A stretch of 64,000 nucleotides of DNA from positions 64,751 to 128,750 of the forward strand of contig JBPOIO010000004.1 in NCBI GenBank assembly GCA_052034405.1, written 5' to 3'. Position 1 is the stretch's first letter. Each line of letters opens with the position of its first letter. The notes below the pieces were generated by a model. It was not told where the DNA came from. It did not search any database and saw only the letters and a list, made by a program, of their open reading frames with translations. Positions 1 to 10,672 of this stretch are shown piece after piece. This stretch comes from Candidatus Magasanikiibacteriota bacterium (GTDB lineage: Bacteria > Patescibacteriota > Patescibacteriia > Magasanikbacterales > UBA922). Position numbers and translations under genes: made by a program.

Positions 1-546
1 ATCATATTCAGCAGCAATACGACCAAACATATCAAGAAATTCTGACCACTGAGGATATTTTTCTTCGAGTACCTGTTCAAGAGATTTTTCCGCATTTCGA
101 GCAAAACTCAAAATAGAACTCACAATAGCGACAGAAGGAATTTTCTTTTCACTTCGTTCCGCGCCATCTTCTTTCAAACACATTTTCAAAATATGTTTAC
201 TATCTTCACTATCGAGAATTGAAAAATTTTGTTTATAACCCAAGAGTCCTGCATACTGTGCCAAAATTCTATAGCCAATATGATGAAATGTCCCAGCCCA
301 AGGCAAACGCACTTTGCCATGCATAAGTCCCTCTACCCGAGAAGTCATTTCGCGCGAAGCTTTATTGGTAAAGGTGACGAGCAAAATATTTTCTGGAGCA
401 ATATTTTTTTCAAGTAAATATGCCACCCGAAACGTAATCGTACGAGTCTTGCCACTCCCCGCTCCAGCAAGCACAAGACAGGCTCCATCACCATGGAGCA
501 CGACCCGAAGCTGTTCACCATTGAGTTCATTTTTATAGTCGATCAT
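1..546 (-). CDS. uvrD: ATP-dependent DNA helicase UvrD/PcrA, 5' part (runs off window start)
   Basis: Manual translation from ATG 546: MIDYKNELNGEQLRVV...LVLAGAGSGKTRTITFRVAYLL...ILLVTFTNKASREM...GTFHH (SF1 helicase Q motif, Walker A, motif Ia). Not in the ORF track because the stop lies outside the window. Confidence 0.95.
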   Translation of the reverse strand, partial: MIDYKNELNGEQLRVVLHGDGACLVLAGAGSGKTRTITFRVAYLLEKNIAPENILLVTFTNKASREMTSRVEGLMHGKVRLPWAGTFHHIGYRILAQYAGLLGYKQNFSILDSEDSKHILKMCLKEDGAERSEKKIPSVAIVSSILSFARNAEKSLEQVLEEKYPQWSEFLDMFGRIAAEYD

Positions 547-562
547 AGAACATATATCATAA

Positions 563-591
563 CAAAAAAATACAGTCTGGGGAAGACTGTA
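563..591 (-). terminator. Intrinsic terminator
   Basis: Minus strand TACAGTCT-TCCCC-AGACTGTA followed by a T7 run. Confidence 0.75.
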
Positions 592-644
592 CCTCATATA
601 TGGAAGGGGCGGCGAGGGAACCCGAGGGCTCCCCCGCCGCGAGG

Positions 645-710
645 TCACAACGGATCCGCCGCATACTTCTGCATGGGATCGATAGGCTCGTCGTTTCCGA
701 CGTACGACAT
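645..710 (-). CDS. Putative 21-aa small protein MSYVGNDEPIDPMQKYAADPL
   Basis: AGGAGG (719-724) 8 nt before ATG 710; TGA at 645-647; GC-rich; followed by a strong GC hairpin (609-640) and a terminator. Confidence 0.45.
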   Translation of the reverse strand: MSYVGNDEPIDPMQKYAADPL

Positions 711-894
711 GGACTTTTCCTCCTGTGGCAAGTCCTGAAAAAATACTTGTCTAAATATTCTTTCAGAACTTTCACAAAAAAAGAACCACCTTCCGGCAGT
801 TCATTTACATTTTTATACATGCAAACAAATCACCGGGAAAGCGATCGAAAGAAAAAGAAATAAAAATTATGTATATACTGTTTCATATACTCTT

Positions 895-922
895 ATAATA
901 TCATTTTTTTTATCAAGGTCAA
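895..922 (-). promoter_or_regulatory. Sigma70-like promoter TTGACC-N16-TATTAT with TG extension
   Basis: Read directly on the minus strand; a perfect DnaA box lies at 931-939. Confidence 0.5.
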
Positions 923-943
923 TATTATTCTGTGGATAAATAT

Positions 944-1822
944 CTAATCAATCAGCAACACCACAGGCTGACCATTCGACACATCTCCATCATTCCAATC
1001 ATGAATGGCATTCATCAAGTCCTGATATTTATACTTGTAATTTTGCCCAAACTGCGTCCCAGGATCGTTTGTAATAAAAGAATCTTTGGTATATCCTCGA
1101 ATTACAAGAGCATGGTAAGGAGGTCCACCGTTTTGAAAATGTGGGTTTGGCAAAGTTTTTCCGTTAGCAACCACAAGCACCGGATGACCACTCGCAATAT
1201 ATTGTTTTATTTGATCTACTGTTGGATTTTTTATAATATGCAAATTACTTGAAGTATACCCAGTCAAATATTCTGCAAATATTTTTTGTATTTTCTTTAT
1301 TTCAATACTACGCCCCCAGCCCAAATCTTCTTCCCATTTTACCATTGCAAGAATATCGTGCTTTGCAGAATCAATCGACATACTCCTATCCTGTTCATAG
1401 GCATCCATCATCAAAATTGCTGCTTCTTCGCAAGCATCTTGCCAGGGCTGATCCCAATTTTTTTCTGGAGCTTGTGGGACAAAAGGGACAGCAAGATTAA
1501 TGGAATCGGGAATTTCAAGAGCCACCGGAATAGAAACAGAAGTCGAAGAAACAGCAATTGGAGTTTGAATCGTTGAAGAGGCAAGAAATTTACTTGAAGT
1601 CACGGTTACTTTTTGTGAAGAAGTTGAAAAAACTTGAACGGCAGCGGTTGAAGTCTGAACTCTTTTTTCTATTTCAGTTCGTGAAACTGCGACAGGAATA
1701 TCTGCATTTTGTTTTGCTACAAACCATTGTTTGACATACCCACGAGCAAAATATCCTGTACCCAAAATGGCAAGGAAAATCAAAAATCCACAAATAAAGT
1801 TGAAAAATCTATATTGTTTCAT
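944..1822 (-). CDS. Membrane-anchored peptidase C39-like protein
   Basis: N-terminal TM segment, Ser/Thr-rich linker, then VPFVPQAP...QDACEEAA (Cys), YHALVIRGY (His), FITNDPG (Asp). Confidence 0.85.
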   Translation of the reverse strand: MKQYRFFNFICGFLIFLAILGTGYFARGYVKQWFVAKQNADIPVAVSRTEIEKRVQTSTAAVQVFSTSSQKVTVTSSKFLASSTIQTPIAVSSTSVSIPVALEIPDSINLAVPFVPQAPEKNWDQPWQDACEEAAILMMDAYEQDRSMSIDSAKHDILAMVKWEEDLGWGRSIEIKKIQKIFAEYLTGYTSSNLHIIKNPTVDQIKQYIASGHPVLVVANGKTLPNPHFQNGGPPYHALVIRGYTKDSFITNDPGTQFGQNYKYKYQDLMNAIHDWNDGDVSNGQPVVLLID

Positions 1823-1877
1823 ATGTTTTTAGTGTAGCACAAAAAAAATTGAAATGAAACCCACAGAAAAACGCAAA

Positions 1878-1899
1878 GAGGGACACAGATGTGTCCCTC
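1878..1899 (-). terminator. Hairpin/terminator after GC-rich orphan gene
   Basis: GAGGGACACA-TC-TGTGTCCCTC followed by TTTGCGTTTTT on the minus strand. Confidence 0.6.
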
Positions 1900-1913
1900 G
1901 CTCAGCGCCTTGT

Positions 1914-2411
1914 TCAGAGCGCACCCCCTTTGTGAAATGTATAACGACCACCATCGCGGGCCTGAATGTCGACCCGCGTAAAATAGCCCTCCGGCGCCCA
2001 GCCCTCCACCACATCGACGACCACCTCGGCCAAGGTCCGACGGCCAAAGAGCAGGGCCCAATCCTCACGGCTACGGACCCATGGATGCAGAGGAAAACGA
2101 TGATCTTCATCCTGAGAAAAAGAATAGAAGCTATCCCCCCAAACAGCCTCCACTCGAAACTCTGTGAAATATCCTCGTGGGGCATGCCGAATGAGGTGGC
2201 AAAGCACCTCAAAGGGCGTCATATTGGAAAATAGCGTGTGCCAGGCCTGGTGGATGGCCACACGCAGACGCTTGAGATTTTTCCTTTCATATACCTGTGG
2301 AGAATTGCTCGTAGACGTCGGCACCATGTGATGCGTGGAAAAACTATACCATTCATCAATACGATGTCCAGACCGAGCCCGCCTCGATGCCTTTTTTCGG
2401 TGTTTTGACAC
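1914..2411 (-). CDS. Hypothetical protein, GC-rich, internally duplicated, HNH-like His pattern
   Basis: GGGGAGG SD 5 nt before GTG 2411; TTGACA-N17-TTCAAT upstream; HHMVP...N...H-x-AWH pattern; two W-x-x-LF...AP-x-GYFT-x-x-x-(V/I)-x-A segments. Confidence 0.65.
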   Translation of the reverse strand: MSKHRKKASRRARSGHRIDEWYSFSTHHMVPTSTSNSPQVYERKNLKRLRVAIHQAWHTLFSNMTPFEVLCHLIRHAPRGYFTEFRVEAVWGDSFYSFSQDEDHRFPLHPWVRSREDWALLFGRRTLAEVVVDVVEGWAPEGYFTRVDIQARDGGRYTFHKGGAL

Positions 2412-2483
2412 CTTCACCTCCCCAGATTTGAAACCTTGCGAGCATTGAACGCCAAATTCTCATTCTTGTCAAGGATATATTGA

Positions 2484-3716
<1,233 letters not shown>

Positions 3717-3727
3717 CTACAAAACAT

Positions 3728-4144
3728 ATGCTTTATAATGAAAGTGAATCAATGTTTCATAAACCCCAAGACGATTCTGTCTTTACAAAGGAAAATCCTT
3801 TGGTAGACACAGAAAAACCTTTAACAAATGCACCGATAAAACAAAGAAATTCAGTCTCTCTTAATGGAAATTTAGAAGAAATAGCTGCTAGACAGTTAAA
3901 CCCTGCAGATCTCTCCCCATCAATGAGAGGGGTAAAACTTCCCTATGAAATATATTCCAAAGAAACAGCAAAAGGCGCAGAAGAAGAGGCAGAGGACGAA
4001 GCAAGACTTCTTGCACAAACAGATTCTTATGACTCTTCAGAAAATGAACCCCTATCAAATCATGGGACAAAAACCGTACAAACCCCTCCACCGCTTGAAC
4101 TTTTTTATCCAGAAAACTATCCACAACAACAAGATCAAATATAA
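3728..4144 (+). CDS. Hypothetical protein (acidic, probably disordered)
   Basis: 138-aa ORF directly after tgt on the same strand, followed by a terminator. Confidence 0.6.
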   Translation: MLYNESESMFHKPQDDSVFTKENPLVDTEKPLTNAPIKQRNSVSLNGNLEEIAARQLNPADLSPSMRGVKLPYEIYSKETAKGAEEEAEDEARLLAQTDSYDSSENEPLSNHGTKTVQTPPPLELFYPENYPQQQDQI

Positions 4145-4163
4145 TTGAAACTCTACTTTGATT

Positions 4164-4191
4164 AAAAAAATCCGCTCTTATGCGGATTTTT
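4164..4191. terminator. Bidirectional intrinsic terminator
   Basis: A7-TCCGC-TCTTAT-GCGGA-T5 between convergent genes. Confidence 0.7.
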
Positions 4192-4208
4192 CTTTACAAA
4201 CAAATATA

Positions 4209-5351
4209 CTAAATTTGTGCAGAATTTTTTACCGCTTCGGCAACCGCAGAAGAAACAGATTTTTCAAAAGGACTTGGTAAAATATTTTCAACACTTGGCG
4301 TTGTTACAACTCCTGCAATCGCACGAGCGGCAGCTATACACATATCATTTGTTACCACTTTGATACGAGCATCGAGAAGCCCCCGAAATATTCCTGGAAA
4401 TGCCAAAACGTTATTGACTTGATTGGCAAAATCACTTCGACCAGTTGCGACAATAAAGGCACCTGCTTCTTTTGCCTCGTCTGGAAAAATTTCTGGAGTT
4501 GGATTTGCCATTGCAAAAATAACAGGCTTTTCATTCATCGTCTTGATCATATCACCTGTAAGAAGTCCAGGTTTACTCACACCAATAAATACATCCGCTT
4601 CTACGAGTGCATCTGCAAGACTTCCTTCTTTTTGCTCACTATTGGTAAATCCTGCAAGGTGTTTTTTTTCTTCATTCAAGTCAGATCGTTTCAAAGAAAT
4701 AATACCGACAGAATCTACTGCCATAATACTTTTGGCTCCTGCAGCAAAAAGAAGTTCTGCAATAGCAGTTCCAGCAGCCCCAGCACCATTTATGACAATA
4801 CGCACATCACCCAGATTTTTTCCTGCAAGTGGAAGCGCATTAAAAAGTCCAGCAAGTACAACTATCGCTGTGCCATGTTGGTCATCGTGAAAAACAGGGA
4901 TATCGAGCTTTTCGCGAAGTTTACGTTCTATTTCAAAACAACGAGGTGCAGAAATATCTTCTAAATTAATGCCACCAAACATTGGTGAAATTAATTCTAC
5001 AGTTCGAACAAACTCATCTACATCTTGTGTTTTGACAGCAATTGGAAATGCATCTACTCCTGCAAATTCTTTGAAAAGTACGCACTTCCCTTCCATTACC
5101 GGAAGGCCTGCCTCTGGGCCAATATTCCCAAGACCAAGTACTGCTGACCCATCTGTAATCACTGCAACCATATTCCCCTTGCGAGTATAGTCATATACTC
5201 TTTCTGGATGAAGAGCAATTTCTTTACAAGGTTCTGCAACTCCTGGAGTATAAGCAAGTGCCAGATCTTCTCGCGATGCAATTTTTGCACGTGAGATAAC
5301 CTCAATTTTCCCCTTCAAATCTGCGTGATACTTCAAAGCATCTTGTGACAT
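4209..5351 (-). CDS. NAD(P)-dependent malic enzyme
   Basis: LAYTPGVAEP, DGSAVLGLGNIG, VMEGK, INLEDI, FHDDQHGT, GAGAAG, AMANPTPE, TGRSD, NQVNN. Confidence 0.96.
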   Translation of the reverse strand: MSQDALKYHADLKGKIEVISRAKIASREDLALAYTPGVAEPCKEIALHPERVYDYTRKGNMVAVITDGSAVLGLGNIGPEAGLPVMEGKCVLFKEFAGVDAFPIAVKTQDVDEFVRTVELISPMFGGINLEDISAPRCFEIERKLREKLDIPVFHDDQHGTAIVVLAGLFNALPLAGKNLGDVRIVINGAGAAGTAIAELLFAAGAKSIMAVDSVGIISLKRSDLNEEKKHLAGFTNSEQKEGSLADALVEADVFIGVSKPGLLTGDMIKTMNEKPVIFAMANPTPEIFPDEAKEAGAFIVATGRSDFANQVNNVLAFPGIFRGLLDARIKVVTNDMCIAAARAIAGVVTTPSVENILPSPFEKSVSSAVAEAVKNSAQI

Positions 5352-5360
5352 AAAAAAATA

Positions 5361-6452
5361 TTAATAGATAAACATGGCATCCCCAAAACTAAAAAATCGA
5401 TATTTTTCTTCAACCGCTTTTTTATAACAATCAAGCATAAATTCTTGATCTCCTGCAAAAGCACTCACCAACATCAAAAGTGTCGATTTTGGTAAATGAA
5501 AATTGGTAATCAGGGCATCAATAATTTTGAACTCAAATCCAGGTTTGATAAACATATTTATTTCTCCTCTATAGGGATGAATAAAATGATTTCGTCCATG
5601 ATCTTGATCGAGAAGCGCTATTCCTTCGAGTGTTCGGACTGTTGTAGTACCAACCGCCACTACACGGCGGCCTTCTGCTTTTGCACGATTTATTTTTTCT
5701 GCATTTTCGGGTGTGAGTTCTACCCACTCACTATGCATCGTATGATCTTCTACACGTTCTGTTTTCACGGGCAAAAAGGTTCCAAGACCGACATGAAGTG
5801 TTACTTCTGCAAATTCCACTCCTTTTTGTTTTAGCTTTTCAATTACTTCATTTGTAAAATGAAATCCAGCAGTTGGAGCAGCTACTGACCCCTCGTGTTT
5901 CGAATACACGGTCTGATACAGTTCTACTTCGTGTGGTTCGTCTTTCACATAAGGAGGAATTGGAATATGCCCATATCGATTGGCCGATTCACGAACTGCG
6001 TCTTCTTTTAAACTACTATTTTCACTCGAAAAAAATTGTACCAAAATGGTCCCAGTCGGTTCTTTGATCATCACATCACAAAAAAAATCTTTGGCAATTT
6101 CTACTCGAGTTCCAGGTTCAATATGTTTCCCAGGTTTTCCAAGAACTTGCCAGACACCATCGTTTTCCATTGGACGAACAAGAAATATTTCCACATCTCT
6201 TTTATGTTCCCACAAACCTTCGTTATTTTGTGTCAGCAATTTTCCAAGAAGTCTTGCCTTAAAAACTTTTGAGTTATTCCAAACCAGCAAATCCCCCGCC
6301 TCCAAATATTCAACAATATCAAAAAAATTTCGATGTTCCAAAGTTTTATTCTCTCGAGAAACAAGCATCAGTCGTGAATGATCACGTGGCTCTACAGATT
6401 TTTGGGCAATCAGTTCCGTTGGTAAATTGTAGTCAAAATCGGATGTATTCAT
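5361..6452 (-). CDS. queA: S-adenosylmethionine:tRNA ribosyltransferase-isomerase
   Basis: FDYNLP-x-ELIAQ, SVAAPTAGFHF, LHVGLGTF, VGTTTVRTLE, TNFHLPKSTL, YRFFSFGDAM. Confidence 0.97.
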   Translation of the reverse strand: MNTSDFDYNLPTELIAQKSVEPRDHSRLMLVSRENKTLEHRNFFDIVEYLEAGDLLVWNNSKVFKARLLGKLLTQNNEGLWEHKRDVEIFLVRPMENDGVWQVLGKPGKHIEPGTRVEIAKDFFCDVMIKEPTGTILVQFFSSENSSLKEDAVRESANRYGHIPIPPYVKDEPHEVELYQTVYSKHEGSVAAPTAGFHFTNEVIEKLKQKGVEFAEVTLHVGLGTFLPVKTERVEDHTMHSEWVELTPENAEKINRAKAEGRRVVAVGTTTVRTLEGIALLDQDHGRNHFIHPYRGEINMFIKPGFEFKIIDALITNFHLPKSTLLMLVSAFAGDQEFMLDCYKKAVEEKYRFFSFGDAMFIY

Positions 6453-6456
6453 AAAT

Positions 6457-7581
6457 TTAAAGTGAAGAAAGAAATTGTTCGGCTGTTTTTTTCCAAGAAA
6501 AATTTTGAATTTGGGAAAAACCTTTTTGTATAAATATTTTACTCAACTCTCGATCAGTCACAAAACGTCTTATTCCTTCAGTGATTTCCAAACTATTATA
6601 AGGATTCACATAATAGGCCGCATCTCCCGCAACTTCGGGTAAAGACGATCTCGAACTCGTAATAACAGCTACCCCCGAAGCAAAGGCCTCAAGCACCGGA
6701 AAACCAAAACCTTCATACAAACTGGGGTACACAAATACTGATGCCCCTGCGTAGAGTGCCGGTTTGTCTTGTGGACTAATATACCCAATATACTGTACAT
6801 TCCGAGTTTTTTCAATTGTCTCAAAAATATGCTTATTTTTCCAACCTTTTGCTCCAGCAATCACCAAATAATACTCAGGAAAATCTTTTTGAAAAATATC
6901 AAAAGCTTTGAGGAGCCCTTCGATATTTTTTCGTGGTTCAATAGTCCCCAAAAATAAAATATACTTTTCTGGCAAATGATACTCTTTTTGTATATCAGAT
7001 TTTTTTTCAAAAGAAGAAAACAATGAAGAAAGTCCAGGACTCAATACTTTTATTTTATCTTTTGCAATAGCATACAAATCGACAATATCTCGTTTTGTAT
7101 TTTCACTTGGTGTCAAAATAATATCAGCAGATTGACATTGACGACGAGGAGATAAAAAAGCATGCCACAAACGCATTTTCAAAGAAAAACATTCTGGAAA
7201 TATTTCAAATGAAAGATCATGAACAGTTAAAATGTGTTTTGTATTTTTGGAAATAGCCTGAAAACCAATGTTGGGAGAAAAAAAATAATCTAATTTTATT
7301 CCTGTTTTTGATTCAATCAAAGTATCAAATTTTGGATAATTGAAAATTTGTAACAAAAAATGAAAAATTTTATTAGGCCAGGATGTATGCACAAAGTGCA
7401 CATTTTTTTGCGTCCACTTTGGAATATTTATTGAAACATCGGCAAATGAGTTATAAAACAAAAAATATTGATTTTCACTATCAATATCAAAAAGTGCGTT
7501 CAAGAGCTCATAGGTATATTCCCCCACCCCGGTTCGAGAAGAAGACGTTAGTGGAGAGATATCAATCCCGATTTTCAACAT
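6457..7581 (-). CDS. Glycosyltransferase family 4
   Basis: TVHDL, GTIEPRKN, PSLYEGFGFPVLEA. Confidence 0.93.
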   Translation of the reverse strand: MLKIGIDISPLTSSSRTGVGEYTYELLNALFDIDSENQYFLFYNSFADVSINIPKWTQKNVHFVHTSWPNKIFHFLLQIFNYPKFDTLIESKTGIKLDYFFSPNIGFQAISKNTKHILTVHDLSFEIFPECFSLKMRLWHAFLSPRRQCQSADIILTPSENTKRDIVDLYAIAKDKIKVLSPGLSSLFSSFEKKSDIQKEYHLPEKYILFLGTIEPRKNIEGLLKAFDIFQKDFPEYYLVIAGAKGWKNKHIFETIEKTRNVQYIGYISPQDKPALYAGASVFVYPSLYEGFGFPVLEAFASGVAVITSSRSSLPEVAGDAAYYVNPYNSLEITEGIRRFVTDRELSKIFIQKGFSQIQNFSWKKTAEQFLSSL

Positions 7582-8683
7582 AATTTTGAACTTCTAAAAA
7601 ATCTCTATACTTATCCTCAACGTACTGTTTTATATCCTTTTTAAATTTGGCAACATCAAACTGTTTTGCATGTTCACGAATCGCTTTTCGATCCCAAACA
7701 ATCTTATCAAAAGAAAGCATAGTATCAAGCAAAGATTCCCATGTTTGAGAATAAAACAAAAGTCCTGTTTTTTGCTGAATAATACTCTCTGTTGCACCAC
7801 CTACTCCATAGGCTATAACCGGTGTTCCAGCAGCCATAGATTCTACTACAGTAATTCCAAAGTCTTCAAGTTGTGGATTCAAAAAAGCTTTTGCATTTTC
7901 AAAAAGTTTTGCTTTTTGACTATCATCCACAAATCCAATAAATTCAATATTTGACTTTGCCATTTTTTTCAAACGATCCAAATCAGGTCCTGTACCAAAT
8001 ATTTTTAACTTCCACCCCAATCTATTAAATACCTGAATGACCAAATCAAAACGTTTGTATTTTACAATTCTTCCCCCCGTCAAATAATAATCGCCCAATT
8101 TTTGTGACACTTGAAAAAGATGCGTATCAACGGGAGGATAGAGCACATCACTTGGATGACGGTAATATTTTTGTATACGCTGTTTCACTGTACGAGAATT
8201 TGCGATAAACTGATCTACTCGATCAACACTGGCTTTATCCCACATACGCATATGATGCATAAGCCGAGGTAAAAAAGCTTTGATAATCGAATTATAATTG
8301 AGCTCTGCAATATACTCATGTGTATCAGTCCACAGATAGCGCGTTGGCGTATGACAATAAGAAATATGCAGAGTACTCGGCCGAGTCAAAATACCTTTGG
8401 CAAAGGCACTCGTACTTGAAAGGACGACATCAAATTCATGCAAATTGTGAGACTCTGTAGCGAGTGGCATAAATGGCAAATACCACTGATAGTGCGTACG
8501 ACCAAAAGGAAGAAAACGAAAAAAGGATTCTCGAACGTCTGCCGAGTCAAAACCAGCAACCGAACCTTTTTTATGAAATAAGACAAAAATTGGCGCTTCA
8601 GGCCAAATCTCATGAAATGCTTTTAAAACTCGTTCGGCTCCCCCATCCTGTGCCAGATAATCATGCACCAATGCAATCTTCAT
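7562..8683 (-). CDS. Glycosyltransferase family 4
   Basis: [10 protein letters not shown]-x-QDGGAERV, YCHTPTRYLW, EDFGITVVESMA-x-GTPV. Confidence 0.93.
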   Translation of the reverse strand: MKIALVHDYLAQDGGAERVLKAFHEIWPEAPIFVLFHKKGSVAGFDSADVRESFFRFLPFGRTHYQWYLPFMPLATESHNLHEFDVVLSSTSAFAKGILTRPSTLHISYCHTPTRYLWTDTHEYIAELNYNSIIKAFLPRLMHHMRMWDKASVDRVDQFIANSRTVKQRIQKYYRHPSDVLYPPVDTHLFQVSQKLGDYYLTGGRIVKYKRFDLVIQVFNRLGWKLKIFGTGPDLDRLKKMAKSNIEFIGFVDDSQKAKLFENAKAFLNPQLEDFGITVVESMAAGTPVIAYGVGGATESIIQQKTGLLFYSQTWESLLDTMLSFDKIVWDRKAIREHAKQFDVAKFKKDIKQYVEDKYRDFLEVQNYVENRD

Positions 8684-10092
8684 AATGCCTTTCTTTTCTT
8701 AAACAATATGAACGGTGTTTTCAAAAAAATAATAATATCAAGACCAAGACTCCATTTTTCAATATACAGAACATCAAGACGCATTTCATCTTCAAAGCTC
8801 AAATCACTTCTTCCAGAAACCTGTGAAAGCCCAGTAATACCTGGTTTCAAAGCAAAAACCTTTCGGTAACTTTCTTCATACAATTCTACTTCTCGGGGCT
8901 GATGTGGACGAGGTCCAACAATACTCATATCTCCAAAAAATACATTGAAAAATTGTGGTAATTCATCAATACTCCATCTGCGAATAAAACGACCAAAAGG
9001 AGTCACTCGTGGATCATTTTGAATTTTATAAATAGGACCAGCCTTCATGCTTTGTTTTTTTATAAGTTCTCGTTCTTTTTCTTCTGCTTGTTTTCCACCA
9101 AACTGTGTTCCCGTAGAATCTTGTTGGTACATGGAACGAAACTTGAGAGTAAAAAATTTATGACCATGAATTCCAACACGTTCATTTTTGTAAATAATTG
9201 GACGTCCTGTTTCAATCAAAATAATAAGAGCAGTAACAAGCATAAGAGGACTTACAAGCACAATTACCAGTAAGCTCAAAATAACATCAAAAATACGTTT
9301 GATCACGCTTCCCCAACCATCAAGAGCCGTACGCTTGAGCTCGACAATAGGTACACTTCCTATCGGATACATTGCTGTATTGGCAGAAAGTGTTGAAAAT
9401 AAATCAGCAGAATATTTGAAGGTAATATGATGAGTATCAGCAAACTGTAAGGCACGCAATGATTCTTTTTCGTGTGCACGAGGATTTGCAAACATAATTT
9501 CATCAGGAAGATTTTTTTCTAGTTTTTCTTTGGTTGCCGTATCAAATTTTTCAAAAATGTCAGAAATAGTATAACCAAGTTCTGGTTGCGTTTCCAAAGT
9601 GTTTTTGAGTTCGAGTGCAATAGCATCGTGCCCAACAATAGCAACACTTCGCTGTCCAATATTCATACGAAAACAAGAACGACGAACGAGCCACATAAAA
9701 AACCGTCCCAAACTCATAAAGACAAAAGCAAAGGCATAACTCGCAGCTACCAAAAAACGAGAATCAAAAAGTTGTTGTGTAAACATGATATATAAAGCGA
9801 CAACAGCAACAGAACTTGAAAGTGCCAAAAATATACGAACAATATCAGTACCGAGCTTACGATTTGGATTTGGACGATACAGCCCAAGAACAGCAAAAAA
9901 CACAAGAGAAAGCAAAGCAAACCAAATAGCACGGTGAATAAAATCACCAAGAGACAAAGAAAAACTCACCGATTTGAGTTCCAAGGCCCAAGTACTAAAA
10001 CGCAAAAAATATGCTGAAATACCAGCACCAAGAAGAAGTACAAAATCCAAGGGAACTTGGATCACCATGAGAAAGAGTTGAAAACGTTTCAT
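8680..10092 (-). CDS. Polyprenyl-phosphate glycosylphosphotransferase (WcaJ/WbaP-like sugar transferase)
   Basis: N-terminal TM helices, [38 protein letters not shown]. Start taken at ATG 10092. Confidence 0.93.
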   Translation of the reverse strand: MKRFQLFLMVIQVPLDFVLLLGAGISAYFLRFSTWALELKSVSFSLSLGDFIHRAIWFALLSLVFFAVLGLYRPNPNRKLGTDIVRIFLALSSSVAVVALYIMFTQQLFDSRFLVAASYAFAFVFMSLGRFFMWLVRRSCFRMNIGQRSVAIVGHDAIALELKNTLETQPELGYTISDIFEKFDTATKEKLEKNLPDEIMFANPRAHEKESLRALQFADTHHITFKYSADLFSTLSANTAMYPIGSVPIVELKRTALDGWGSVIKRIFDVILSLLVIVLVSPLMLVTALIILIETGRPIIYKNERVGIHGHKFFTLKFRSMYQQDSTGTQFGGKQAEEKERELIKKQSMKAGPIYKIQNDPRVTPFGRFIRRWSIDELPQFFNVFFGDMSIVGPRPHQPREVELYEESYRKVFALKPGITGLSQVSGRSDLSFEDEMRLDVLYIEKWSLGLDIIIFLKTPFILFKKRKAL

Positions 10093-10131
10093 AACTCCTC
10101 TATAATAGCGCAAAATTTGAGGAAGGTCAAC

Positions 10132-10160
10132 TTGACAAAAAGGCTAAAACAAGGTATATT
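10132..10160 (+). promoter_or_regulatory. rnpB promoter TTGACA-N17-TATATT
   Basis: Near-consensus sigma70 promoter 6 nt before the RNase P RNA P1 helix. Confidence 0.8.
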
Positions 10161-10166
10161 GCAAGC

Positions 10167-10544
10167 GTCTTTTTCTTGTGGATGATCGCTTGAGCTTCGG
10201 CTCATGAGGAAAGTCCGAACTCCATCAAAAAGGTAGTGGGTAACGCCCACCTGCTGCATCGCGAGGTGTAGTACGGGACAGTGCCACAGAGACAATACTA
10301 CTGCAAGTTCGCTTGTAGAAAAGGTGAAAAGCGTAGGGAGGTTTTTGTCCTCGAGTCAAAAGCTACTCTACAGACGCATTTGGCGACAGATGCGTGTGGT
10401 AAACCCTACTTGGAGAAAGAGCAGCGTCCCCTTCGTAAGAAGGGTCGAAAAGTTCGCTCGTTTGAACTTGTCAGCAATGACAAGTCTAGAGAAATGATCG
10501 TCACCCGCAAGGGAACAAAATTCGGCTTAGAGCAAGAAAAAGAC
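10167..10544 (+). ncRNA. rnpB: RNase P RNA (bacterial type A-like)
   Basis: GAGGAAAGTCCG, AGTGCCACAGAGA, GGTAAACCC, ACAAAATTCGGCTTA; P1 ends GTCTTTTTCTTG/CAAGAAAAAGAC. Confidence 0.95.
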
Positions 10545-10584
10545 AATAAAAAAACCGACTCATAAAAGTCGATTTTTTTATTTG

Positions 10585-10667
10585 TGCGCGAGAGAGGAGT
10601 TGAACCTCCATGGGGTTGCCCCCGCTACCACCTCAAGGTAGTGCGTCTACCATTTCGCCACCCGCGC
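10585..10667 (-). tRNA. tRNA-Leu(GAG)
   Basis: GCGCGGG acceptor stem, D arm GGCGAAATGGTAGACGC, anticodon arm CTACC-TTGAGGT-GGTAG, long variable arm, GGTTCAACTCC T arm; full CCA not encoded. Confidence 0.95.
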
Positions 10668-10672
10668 TTATT

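Noticed and set aside
547-560. LexA box at the uvrD start
   Set aside because: Only one half-site matches (GAAC-ATAT-ATCA).
557-820. 87-aa ORF MYKNVNELPEGG...
   Set aside because: It crosses several hairpins, including two terminator-like ones, and has no RBS; the SD-led 21-aa frame explains the region better.
600-890. tmRNA or SRP RNA identity for the GC-rich structured region
   Set aside because: No tRNA-like GGGG...TCCACCA ends or T arm, the peptide does not end in an AA-type tag, and no SRP helix 8 motif is recognisable.
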